Counted from the first letter of the stretch, positions 17,279 to 26,447 are shown. The stretch is DNA of 64,000 nucleotides from Thermodesulfobacteriota bacterium (GCA_964291405.2 OZ219926.1:4736001-4800000); one strand, 5' to 3'. The notes: a model not told the origin generated them from the letters alone. A program made the numbers and translations.

Positions 17279-19265
17279 TCATAAACCCGTGCCGTCTCCG
17301 ATGATCTCGTCCAACAGCCCTTCCGTCTCTTTCTCCAACTCCAGAATATCCGCCCGAATCTCATCCAGCGTGCGCAGGGGCTGCGGCTTATAGAAGTAAC
17401 GGGTGAAGCTGATCTCGTAGCCGACCTTCACGCTGTCGGGCTGATACCAGGCGTCAGGGGCGTAGGGCAGGACCTCGCGTTGCAGGAAGGCTTCGATACC
17501 GCCCGCCTCTTGCAAGGGAATCTGCTCGGTGTCGCGCAGGTCGGTGTCGGGCTCATACTCCACCACGGCGGGCCGGCCGTTGATGGTAACCGCGAACCGG
17601 CCACGCAAGCGGGTCAGCCTCGGTACCCCGCTTGTGAATCTTCTTGATGACCGGTGGCGCGTCCTCGCTGCGCTCGTCAGTCTCTTTCAGCTTCTTGATC
17701 TCGGCAGCCTTATAGGCGCGGTTCGGGTCGATGCCCTGGATGCGCAGCGGTCGTTCGACCGTGACCTTCCAATAGCCGAAGGCGGCATTGTCGAAGATTT
17801 TACTCTGTTCGCTCTCCTTGAAGTCGAGGAAAGTATCGCAGATGCGGGCGATGTCTTCCTCGCCCAGCTCGCAGTTCTTCTTGCCCATATTCTTGCGCAA
17901 AGGCCGGTACCAGGTGGTGGCGTCGATCAACTGGACCTTGCCTTGGCGATACGCGGGCTTACGGTTGGTCAGCACCCAGACGTAGGTGGCGATGCCGGTG
18001 TTGTAGAACATGTTGAGGGGTAGGGCGACGATGGCCTCCAGCCAGTCGTTCTCGATGATCCAGCGACGGATATTGCTCTCGCCCTGGCCGGCATCACCGG
18101 TGAACAGCGAGCTGCCGTTGTGGACCTCGGCAATACGGCTGCCGAGCGGGGTGTCCTGCTTCATCTTGGACAGCTTGTTGGCCAGAAACAGCATCTGGCC
18201 ATCGCTGGAGCGGGTGACCAGCGAATACTCGGGCTCGCCGGCGTGTTCGATCACGAAGCGCGGGTCGCGCATACCGTTCTTGCCGCCCATGCGCTCCAGG
18301 TCGGTCTTCCAGCTCTTGCCGTAGGGTGGGTTGGACAGCATGAAGTCGAACTCGCGGGCGGCGAAGGCGTCGTTGGCCAGGGTGGAGTGCTCCGGGCCGC
18401 CTACGATGTTGTCGGCGGCTTCGCCCTCGCCCTTGAGCAGCAGGTCGGCCGTGCAAATGGCGTAGGTCTCGGCGTTGATCTCCTGGCCGTAGAGGTGGGT
18501 GGACACGTCCTTGTCGTACTCGGCGGCAAGCTGCCGCAGGGTGTCTTCGGCCACGGTCAGCATGCCGCCGGTGCCGCAGGCGCCGGCGTAGAGCAGATAG
18601 GTGCCGGATTTGATGGCGTCGGCAATGGGCAGGAAGACGAGCCTGGCCATGAGGGTGACGGCGTCGCGTGGGGTCCAGTGCTCGCCGGCCTCTTCGTTGT
18701 TCTCTTCGTTGAAGCGGCGCACCAGTTCCTCGAAGATCGAGCCCATGCCGTGGTTGTCGAGACCGGGGTGTTTGACCGAGCCGTCGGTGTTCAGGACCGG
18801 GGCGGGGCTCAGGTTGATGTCGGGCGCGGTGAGCTTCTCGATCAGCGTGCCCAGGGCGTCGGCCTTGGACAGGCGCGGAATCTGGTTGCGGAACTCGAAG
18901 TTGTCGAGAATGTCCTGCACGTTGGGCGAAAACCCGTCCAGGTAGGCTTCAAAGTCGGCGGTCAACTGCTGGCGGCTGGCGCGGGCTCTGAGGTCGCGCA
19001 GGGTGAATTGCGAGGTGTTGTAGAACGCCTGTTCCGCGGCCTGGCGCAGGGCCGGGTCCTGTTCGACCACCTCTGCGGCATCGAGGCTGGCCTTCATGTC
19101 AAGGACGGCCCGCTTGCTGTCTTCCAGGACGGCGTCCAGCCGGCGCAGCACGGTCATGGGCAGGATTACGTCGCGGTACTTGCCGCGCACGTACAGGTCG
19201 CGCAGCACGTCGTCGGCTATGCCCCAGATGTAGTTGGCAATCCAGTTCAGGTCGCTGGTGTGCAT
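17279..19265 (-). pseudogene. hsdM: Type I R-M methyltransferase, frameshifted near 17607 (real or sequencing indel)
   Basis: IWGIADDVLR, AGEHWTPRD, YAGACGTGG, SNPPY; the C-terminus (EYEPDTDLRDTEQIP...GYEISFTRYFY) lies in the ORF at 17279-17608. Removing one T restores ...ADPLRGRF. Confidence 0.9.
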
Positions 19266-19462
19266 CGTTCTGTGTAGCCTTTAGCGGCAGGTAGCGGATA
19301 TCATACGGAACGCAGGAGGCAACCTATCACTTCCCCAGCGTCGGCCCATACGGCTTGATGTGCGGTAGAGCCGTCCGTGAGAGCAGGGCTTTGCGTGGTT
19401 GGGCTGGGTAGTGATGTATGGTAGCCTGAATATCGGCTTAGAGATCGAGAGGACATCACCGT

Positions 19463-19903
19463 ATGCTCATCCGTATACTTGCCTCCCTCATTCTCGTCTT
19501 GGGGCCTGGTGCTATGCTCATCGCGCCGGGGCACGTTGTCTTGGCCGAGACGAGTCCGGCTCCTGACACCACGCCTGGGTCGGAAAAGCAGCAACCATCA
19601 GTAACCCCGCTTTCAACTCATACCGGTCTGCCTGCCACCTTATCGCCCGACCTGTTCAGCGGAGCAGTCAGAGACGGTTACATCATTGCCCAAACCATCC
19701 CGGACGTGTTGGCCGGGCTGCACTGCTACTGTGGCTGTGATCGGTCCATGGGACACGGCAATCTCCTGGATTGCTTTGTGGACGATCACGCTGTGGGCTG
19801 ACCGCACTGTTTACACGAAGCGCAGGATGCGCAGACGCTGTTTGAAGCAGGGGCCCCGCCGGAAGTCATCCGGGATTTTATTGATCAGAAGTACGGCAAC
19901 TAG
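19463..19903 (+). CDS. Secreted PCYCGC/CYCXC-motif protein, probable selenoprotein (UGA at 19799-19801)
   Basis: Signal peptide; LHCYCGC..GH.NLLDCF..DHAVG-UGA-PHC..EA...IRDFIDQKYGN*; hairpin downstream of the UGA. Confidence 0.75.
19807..19849 (+). promoter_or_regulatory. Putative bacterial SECIS element
   Basis: CTGTTT/AAGCAG, ACA/TGT, CG/CG and GCGCA/TGCGC stems; GGA apical loop begins 23 nt after the UGA. Confidence 0.55.
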
Positions 19904-19934
19904 GGCAAATCACGCTACGGTGGAGCGTGTCCCT

Positions 19935-20168
19935 CTCCTCCTTGAGGAGGGAACAGGCGGGCAAGATGCCCGCGCTCCCAGGGGGGAAGGGAACAGGCGG
20001 GCAGGATGCCGCACCGTCGGACGTGATGAACAATAGGAGTGCGGGCTCCCAGCCCGCATGGCGGCCAGGAGGGGAACCCTCCCAGGAGGGGAGCCCCCCG
20101 CATCTCCCTGGGCCGCTTGGGGCAGGCCCGTGTCCCTCCCGACGAGAGCGGACTGGCACGGCTACAAC
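19935..20168. repeat. ~234-bp REP-containing repeat, copy 1
   Basis: Near-identical direct copy at 21068-21302; contains gcgggcaagatgcccgc palindromes. Confidence 0.9.
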
Positions 20169-20412
20169 TTAAGCGGAAAGCTCAGGCGGCCTGACCGTCA
20201 GCCTCACCGTTGCCTTAGTCAAGCTGACATCCTGACCAGTCTCGCTTTTCTCAGTCCTCTCTCCACACATTAGAAGCAGAGCATCGGGCACTATCGGCGG
20301 CAGCATTTCTTTTAGGGGTTCGGCCAAGCCGTACTGAAGCCGTAGAGTTTGGGCGCTTGTATCGTCTGCGGGTAAAGATTATCTTGAGTTTAACATGAAG
20401 AGGAGCCTAACC

Positions 20413-20658
20413 ATGCCTGAAATGATCAGTGCCAAGCAGCTGCGGGAACAACTCCAGAACGTTGTTGAAAAAGTGCGACACGGGGAGCGCTTCACCGTGT
20501 TGTATCGGAGCCGTCCGGCCTTCGACATCGTCCCGGTGGGGAATCCGCCGCTCGACAGCACGCCACTGGAATCGGACCCGCTCTACCAGGCGCCGGCTGT
20601 GGGTGCATCCGAATCGGGCGACGCTGCGACCCGGCATGACGAGGTGCTGTACCGGTGA
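20413..20658 (+). CDS. Phd/YefM family antitoxin
   Basis: ISAKQLREQLQNVVEKVRHGERFTV....RP; AGGAG RBS. Confidence 0.82.
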   Translation: MPEMISAKQLREQLQNVVEKVRHGERFTVLYRSRPAFDIVPVGNPPLDSTPLESDPLYQAPAVGASESGDAATRHDEVLYR

Positions 20659-21062
20659 GGCACATGTTTGTAGACACAGCCGCATGGGTTGCCGCCGCGG
20701 ATAGCCGGGATACGGCAGGGCCGGCTGTGCGGAAAGCGCGAGATCAATGGTTGGCGTCCGGAGGCGGACTGACGACGACTGACTATGTGATTGACGAGAC
20801 GCTGACTACCCTACGATTTCGCTTAGGGCTTGATGCGGCCGAAGCGTGGTGGCTCCAAATCGACGGCTCGTCTCGACTGCGCATTGAGTCCATCGATGAA
20901 TCACGAAGCGAACGTGCGCGGGCACTCTTCTTCCGGTATCGAGATAAAGATTTCTCCTTCACCGACTGCTGTAGCTTTGCGGTGATGCGGGAGTTGCGTA
21001 TGCGTCGCGTCTTGACGCTGGACCATCACTTCCGACAGATGCGCTTTGAGGTCGTTCCGTGA
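20655..21062 (+). CDS. vapC: VapC/PIN toxin (motifs intact)
   Basis: FVDTAAW, VIDET, SFTDCCSF, TLDHHF. Confidence 0.9.
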   Translation: MRHMFVDTAAWVAAADSRDTAGPAVRKARDQWLASGGGLTTTDYVIDETLTTLRFRLGLDAAEAWWLQIDGSSRLRIESIDESRSERARALFFRYRDKDFSFTDCCSFAVMRELRMRRVLTLDHHFRQMRFEVVP

Positions 21063-21067
21063 GCGTA

Positions 21068-21302
21068 CTCCTCCTTGAGGAGGGAACAGGCGGGCAAGAT
21101 GCCCGCGCTCCCAGGGGGGAAGGGAACAGGCGGGCATCTTGCCCGCACCGTTGGACGTGATGAACAATAGAAGTGCGGGCTGCCAGCCCACATGGCGGCC
21201 AGGATGGCCGCCCTCCCAGGAGGGGAGCCCCCCGCATCTCCCTGGGGCGCTTGGGGCAGGCCCGTGTCCTTCCCGACGAGAGCGGACTGGCACGGCTACA
21301 AC
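21068..21302. repeat. ~235-bp REP-containing repeat, copy 2
   Basis: Direct repeat of 19935-20168. Confidence 0.9.
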
Positions 21303-21334
21303 GTATCGTGAAATGCGCGAGGGCAGGGCGTGGC

Positions 21335-22114
21335 CTACGCGCCTTTGAGATAAAAACGGACGCCACACACCTCTACCTGATCGTCCGACACCCGGCACCC
21401 GCGTTGCTCTGCCCTTGTCAGCAGTCCTTGGACATCGGCAACAACCAGATCAACTCCACCCAAACCGTCTCCGCGCCCATCCGTGGCCTCAACAAAGCGT
21501 ACGTCGGCATTCTCCAGCGAAAAGCTCAGGCGGCCCTGATCGTCCTGCCGGAGAGGAGTGCCTGCAATGTCTGCCCATCGCTGGGCCATGGATTGCGGGT
21601 CGTGGGACTGCATCTCAACCGCCGAGAAGCCGCTGACCACCTCAGTCCGCCGGGCGGTGTCCCAGCCATCTCCGCCCGCGGGCTCCCAATGCCCTTCGGG
21701 CTCGTTCTTCGGGTCCCAGTCGAGTTCAAAGAAGGCGCCCCCCGTGTCGCCAGGGTGAAGCTGCATGCACTGAAAGCCGTGAATATCCTGCTCCCAGGCA
21801 ATACGCACGCCGAGCTCCTGCGCCCGGGCCCTGCGGGCCTGTTGTGTTTCATGGCTGTCGCACTGGCAGATGACCATATAGCCGCCATCGCCGTTACGAC
21901 GCCGGAGAAAGCGGCCGGCCGCGGTGTTCTCTTTCGTTGGTGCGACCACTTCAAAAAAGTTTGCGTCGACTGGAAACAGCGCGTTCTCCAGGCCGAAAAC
22001 ACCTACGCCTTCATCAACAAAGCACACCTCAAGGCCAAAGATGGATGTCAGGTCTTCGACCACGGGAGCAAGTTTCTCCGCAACGAAGCATATCTGTCGT
22101 AACCGTATCGTCAT
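21335..22114 (-). CDS. VOC/glyoxalase-like domain protein
   Basis: IRLRQI, FGLEN, EVVAP...TAAGRFL.RR.GDGGYMVI, QLHP.D.GG. Confidence 0.8.
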   Translation of the reverse strand: MTIRLRQICFVAEKLAPVVEDLTSIFGLEVCFVDEGVGVFGLENALFPVDANFFEVVAPTKENTAAGRFLRRRNGDGGYMVICQCDSHETQQARRARAQELGVRIAWEQDIHGFQCMQLHPGDTGGAFFELDWDPKNEPEGHWEPAGGDGWDTARRTEVVSGFSAVEMQSHDPQSMAQRWADIAGTPLRQDDQGRLSFSLENADVRFVEATDGRGDGLGGVDLVVADVQGLLTRAEQRGCRVSDDQVEVCGVRFYLKGA

Positions 22115-22255
22115 CACGCTCTCCTCTCAGGTGTCAGAACATTGTCGACTCCGGTTCTGGTATCGGAACTCTCCGGGTATTGCTACCTGTCCGGCGCGCT
22201 TGCCCGGGTTGCGGGAAGTATTGTAACGTTGGGTTCCAGATCACAAGGAGGCCCC

Positions 22256-22654
22256 ATGGCTCAAGCTGAACGTGGTAACGTACTCACGGCCTTTGCCGTC
22301 CTGTTTGCTATCCTGGCGGTATCAAATTTACTGAAACCCCTCCAACTTCATGAAACGACCGGCTTTGTGCTCTTTGGCTCTCGGCTGTCCGGGATGCCGA
22401 ACGTGATAGCCGGCATCCTGGCAGGTCTCTATTTGCTCGTCTATGCCTACGGTATCTGGCATATGAAACGGTTTGTGGTGGGTATGGCGCATGCGTATGC
22501 GCTGTACGTCATTTTGAACCTCTTGCTCTTTATGTACCGCGATGATCAAGGGGCCGAGTTGGATCTCTTCTACCTCCTCTACTCCGTTGTTGCGGTTGGT
22601 GTCTCGCTGGGCTCGGCTATCATCCTGACGAAACGCAAGGCCGAACTCGCGTAG
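22256..22654 (+). CDS. Hypothetical integral membrane protein (~4 TM)
   Basis: AGGAGG RBS; four hydrophobic segments. Confidence 0.75.
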   Translation: MAQAERGNVLTAFAVLFAILAVSNLLKPLQLHETTGFVLFGSRLSGMPNVIAGILAGLYLLVYAYGIWHMKRFVVGMAHAYALYVILNLLLFMYRDDQGAELDLFYLLYSVVAVGVSLGSAIILTKRKAELA

Positions 22655-22918
22655 GGACCGACTGGCCTGGGGCGAGTAAAGAAGCTTCGACTAGTATTCT
22701 CACTCGTTGTCAGGTATACTGAACTCGTATAATACGAGAACGAACCGCGAGCAGGTCTCTTTTCCTTTGTAAGAAATCCCGCTCAGAAGCGGGTCTCAGG
22801 TTGCCCAGACCCGAGTTCCACGTTTCCCAGGTTCTGTCCAATAACACGGTGCGCCGATGCTTTGTCCGCGCCCATATTCGTCCGTGCCGCTGGGCCGCAC
22901 GGAGAAAGAGATGGTCCT

Positions 22919-24190
22919 TTGACAACAGAGAATATACAGAACGATCCTGCCGATTGTTCAGAGTTTTCCGAGCTAGGGCTCATACCCGAGCTCTTACGCG
23001 CCCTTGAAGATGTCCAATACGAAACCCCAACCCCGATTCAATCCCAAGCGATTCCGGTTGCCCTGAGCGGTAAAGATATGCTTGCTTGTGCCCAGACCGG
23101 GACGGGCAAGACGGCCGGATTTATCCTGCCCATCCTGCAACGTTTTACCCACGCAGAGTCGAAAACAGTCCGGGCTTTGGTGCTGACCCCGACGCGCGAA
23201 CTCGCCGTCCAAATAGGGGAGAGTGCCCGAACCTACGGAAAACACGTGCCGGTTCGCTCAACCGTGGTCTATGGTGGTGTCGGGCTCGGCCCGCAAGCCG
23301 ACCGGCTGCGGCGCGGGGTGGAACTGCTCATCGCAACCCCCGGACGCCTGCTCGATCACTTGAATCGGGGCAACGTCCGGCTTGCTGACGTCGAGGTGCT
23401 CGTCCTGGACGAAGCCGACCGTATGCTGGATATGGGCTTTCTGCCCGATGTCCGACGTATCCTGGCCACATTACCTAAAACGCGCCAAACGCTCTTGTTT
23501 TCCGCAACCATGCCACAGGAGATTGAGCGTCTGGCCCAGGACACCTTGAGAGAGCCTGAGGTGATTGATGTCGGGCGACGGGCGACGCCGGTCGCGACGC
23601 TGCGCCACGTACTCTATCTGGTGGAAGCTGAACGCAAAAACGATCTGTTATCCTATCTCCTCCAGCACGGCAGCCTCAAACACGTTCTGATCTTTACGCG
23701 GACCAAGGTTCGTGCGGAACGACTGTCCAAACGTCTGGCTCAGACGAATCGCCGGGTGGCCGCCCTGCATGGCGATAAGACCCAGCGCGTCCGCACGCAG
23801 GTGCTCAATAACTTCAAGAGTGGAAAGGTTGATGTCCTCGTCGCAACCGATGTCGCCGCGCGTGGCCTTGACGTTGAGGGTATTTCTCATGTGGTGAATT
23901 TTGACGTTCCCAATCGGCCGGAAGATTACGTCCACCGCATCGGCCGGACCGCCCGAGCCATGGCGACCGGGGAGGCGCTTACGTTTGCCTCGTCCGACGA
24001 GGTCGAAGCTGTGCGCGCCATCGAAAGCCTGTTGGGTAAAGAGGTTTCCCGCAAGATGATTAAGGGTTTTGAACCAACGCATTTCACCCTCCGCCGGTTT
24101 GCCAAGCCGGAAGCCTCGCGTGGGGCGCGTATTGCCAGCGGCGCCATCCGGCACTTTAGTCCGGGAGGCAGGCGGCGGAAGAGCGCGTAA
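22919..24190 (+). CDS. DEAD-box RNA helicase (RhlE-like)
   Basis: PTPIQ, AQTGTGKT, PTRELA, TPGRL, DEAD, SAT, ARGLD, HRIGRTAR; start (TTG) uncertain. Confidence 0.93.
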   Translation: MTTENIQNDPADCSEFSELGLIPELLRALEDVQYETPTPIQSQAIPVALSGKDMLACAQTGTGKTAGFILPILQRFTHAESKTVRALVLTPTRELAVQIGESARTYGKHVPVRSTVVYGGVGLGPQADRLRRGVELLIATPGRLLDHLNRGNVRLADVEVLVLDEADRMLDMGFLPDVRRILATLPKTRQTLLFSATMPQEIERLAQDTLREPEVIDVGRRATPVATLRHVLYLVEAERKNDLLSYLLQHGSLKHVLIFTRTKVRAERLSKRLAQTNRRVAALHGDKTQRVRTQVLNNFKSGKVDVLVATDVAARGLDVEGISHVVNFDVPNRPEDYVHRIGRTARAMATGEALTFASSDEVEAVRAIESLLGKEVSRKMIKGFEPTHFTLRRFAKPEASRGARIASGAIRHFSPGGRRRKSA

Positions 24191-24228
24191 TTTCATGATT
24201 CGGGTCAACGACCCCCAAAGGAATATAT

Positions 24229-24624
24229 ATGCCACTCAATCCGGCTAAAGATTCTGTCGACCTCGGTATTGTTGTCAGCGACATCACCAAAAGCCTGGAC
24301 TTCTACCAGGGGGTGCTGGGCCTCAACAAGAGCGAGGAACTGTCCACCCGGTTCGGCACCCTGCACCGGCTCCATTTCGGCACCAGCGACATCAAGCTGA
24401 TTGACCCTACGCAGGCCCCAGCAGCCGGGACCATCGGCCTGGAGAAACAGGTCGGGCTCCGCTACATCAGCTTTAGGGTTCACGACATCAGCGCCCTGTG
24501 CGTCGAGTTACAAGCCAAGGGTGTGGAGTTCAGCATGGCTGAGACCGAGGTCCGACCCGGGGTGCGCATAGCTATGGTCAACGATCCCGACGGCAACACG
24601 GTAGAGTTCATCCAGCGCGGCTAG
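24229..24624 (+). CDS. VOC family protein
   Basis: DLGIVVSDI..SL.FY..VLG...DPDGNTVEF; paralogue of 25084-25476. Confidence 0.88.
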   Translation: MPLNPAKDSVDLGIVVSDITKSLDFYQGVLGLNKSEELSTRFGTLHRLHFGTSDIKLIDPTQAPAAGTIGLEKQVGLRYISFRVHDISALCVELQAKGVEFSMAETEVRPGVRIAMVNDPDGNTVEFIQRG

Positions 24625-24775
24625 AGCAAAATTCACATTAGTGTAGCGTCCAACGGCCTCCGCGTGTTTCCCGATACGTAGGGTGCGCCCTGCGCACCAG
24701 TAAAGGTGGTGCATGGGATGCACCCTACGGAACTCTGGAAAGCACCTCGCTACACCACGGAGGAAACTGCGCTAG
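24621..24775. repeat. 155-bp CTAG-bounded MITE-like element (copy 2, inverted relative to copy 1)
   Basis: Reverse complement of 7378-7532; its left CTAG includes the VOC gene stop codon. Confidence 0.85.
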
Positions 24776-25060
24776 AGCAAATTACGATCCTGTGTAGCCG
24801 CCCGTCATTCCTGCGAAAGAACGTCACCCCTGTGCAAACAGGGGCAGGAATCTAGGTCCCTGGCCCCCTCTCTCACTCTCCATAGAGCCGTGTGATACAC
24901 ATTACATTACTCGGCGGCTCTCCGCTCCCCTGCGCCGTGCCGGTCTGCGACAGGGGGCCAGGAGTGCGGGCTTCCAGCCCGCAAGCGGCCAAGATGGCCG
25001 CCCTCCCAGGAAGCGGGAGGCTCACGCCACAATATGCATCACACGTCATAGAGAGGAGAG
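24772..25060. repeat. Mosaic of further REP/MITE-like elements
   Basis: Nested cgtcattcctgc...gcaggaatc palindrome (~24803-24853); imperfect ITR cgtgtgatacacatt/aatatgcatcacacg enclosing a segment similar to part of the 235-bp repeat. Confidence 0.6.
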
Positions 25061-25083
25061 GGCAGGGCGCCCTCTCCGGTACT

Positions 25084-25476
25084 TTAGCCGCGCTCGACAA
25101 ACTCCAGAATATTGCCCTCAGGGTCCTTGATCATAGCGATCCGGGTGCCAGGGCGGATTTCGGTTTCCGGGATGGTGAACTCCGCGCCTTTTTCCTTGAG
25201 GGCGGCGCACAGGCCGCTCAGGTCTTTGATCACAAAGGTGAGATAGCCAATGCCCAGGCGCTTACCAAAACCGTTTGGTGCGGCCGGCGGGACTTCTTTG
25301 GGGTCCATGAGCTTGATGTCGCTCGTGCCATGCCGGAAGCGATGGATGGTACCAAAGGCGGTCGGCACTTCCTCGGTCTTTTCCAGGCCGAGCGTGCCCT
25401 GATAAAAATCGAGCATGGTGCTGATGTCTTTGACAAAAATCCCAACGTCAATTGAGTCTTTTGCGGGTTGTAGCAC
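25084..25476 (-). CDS. VOC family protein
   Basis: PAKDSIDVGI...FYQGTLGL...GTSDIKL...DPEGNILEF. Confidence 0.88.
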   Translation of the reverse strand: MLQPAKDSIDVGIFVKDISTMLDFYQGTLGLEKTEEVPTAFGTIHRFRHGTSDIKLMDPKEVPPAAPNGFGKRLGIGYLTFVIKDLSGLCAALKEKGAEFTIPETEIRPGTRIAMIKDPEGNILEFVERG

Positions 25477-25499
25477 TGGGAACTCCTTTTTGTGGTCTT

Positions 25500-25895
25500 C
25501 TATCCGCGGGCGCCTTTGAGATCGATCAGTTCGACCTTGTAGCCATTGGGGTCTTCAATAAAGGCGATAACCGCGCCGCCGTGCGCCATCGGGCCGGGCT
25601 CACGAACCACGTTGATGCCTTTTCCTTTGAGCTCGTCGCAGGTCTGATAGATATCATCCACGCCAATAGCCAAATGCCCAAAGGCGTTCCCCTGGTCGTA
25701 GCTCGAGGTACCCCAGTTATGCGTCAGTTCGACGACGGTGTTGTTCTTTTCGTCACCGTAGCCCACAAAGGCCAGGGTAAACTCACCGCCCGGATAGTCC
25801 TGTTTGCGCAGTAGCTTCATGCCCAGCCCGTCGCAGTAGAATTTGAGTGACTCGTCCAGGTCGTTGACCCGGATCATGGTGTGTAAGAACTCCAT
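25500..25895 (-). CDS. gloA: Lactoylglutathione lyase (glyoxalase I)
   Basis: LHTMIRV, ELTHNW, FGHLA, EDPNGYKVELI. Confidence 0.95.
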   Translation of the reverse strand: MEFLHTMIRVNDLDESLKFYCDGLGMKLLRKQDYPGGEFTLAFVGYGDEKNNTVVELTHNWGTSSYDQGNAFGHLAIGVDDIYQTCDELKGKGINVVREPGPMAHGGAVIAFIEDPNGYKVELIDLKGARG

Positions 25896-25970
25896 ACTAT
25901 GCCCTCCTCGTATTCATGAGATTCGCCCGCACCTTCTCCTGCTTCCCCTATCCGGTTGTGACTCCGACTG

Positions 25971-26447
25971 TCAAGCAAGACCGTCACCGATAACCTGGAA
26001 GATGGCTTTTTCTATGCGCATTGCCTCGGCTTCGGAAATATGCGTCTCGTACATCGGAAAGAGCTCACGTTCTTCACACCGGATATGCCGCTCTAAGAGT
26101 GTCCCGAATGAGGACAGCAATTCCGGCAACTGCGGCCCGGCAGGAGGCTGCTGGTCAATGTGATCCACCAACTCCCGTATAGCCGCATGTTCCTGAATGA
26201 GCTGGTCGAGCAGAGCAGATGCCTGAGGCTGCATGGCTCGAATGGCCGGAAAGAGAATGTCAGTTTCTGCGGCAAAATGGGGCGTTAGACTTTTTCGAAA
26301 GAATCGTACTGTATCTGCCGCCTGCTCCTGTGGACTGTCGTGGGGCTGGCGGGTTTTCGGTAGCCCATGCTTGAGGCGGAACGCGAGCAGGAGGCCGTGA
26401 TGATGCTCGCGAGAGAGGGGAACCAGGCTGGGGTGACGTTTGGGCAT
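25971..26447 (-). CDS. Hemerythrin-like (HHE) protein
   Basis: KRH.SL.PLSREHH, HF..E, EH, HIR.EER.LFP; start overlaps the topo B stop. Confidence 0.85.
   Translation of the reverse strand: MPKRHPSLVPLSREHHHGLLLAFRLKHGLPKTRQPHDSPQEQAADTVRFFRKSLTPHFAAETDILFPAIRAMQPQASALLDQLIQEHAAIRELVDHIDQQPPAGPQLPELLSSFGTLLERHIRCEERELFPMYETHISEAEAMRIEKAIFQVIGDGLA

Larger units (their letters stand above)
16668..17282 (-). mobile_element. REP-associated tyrosine (HUH/Y1) transposase (RAYT)
   Basis: HRRRSLRL..FDY...GAYFVTICT, VMPNHVHG (HUH), WQRNYYEH, YIADNP.RW; contains three REP palindromes. Confidence 0.9.
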
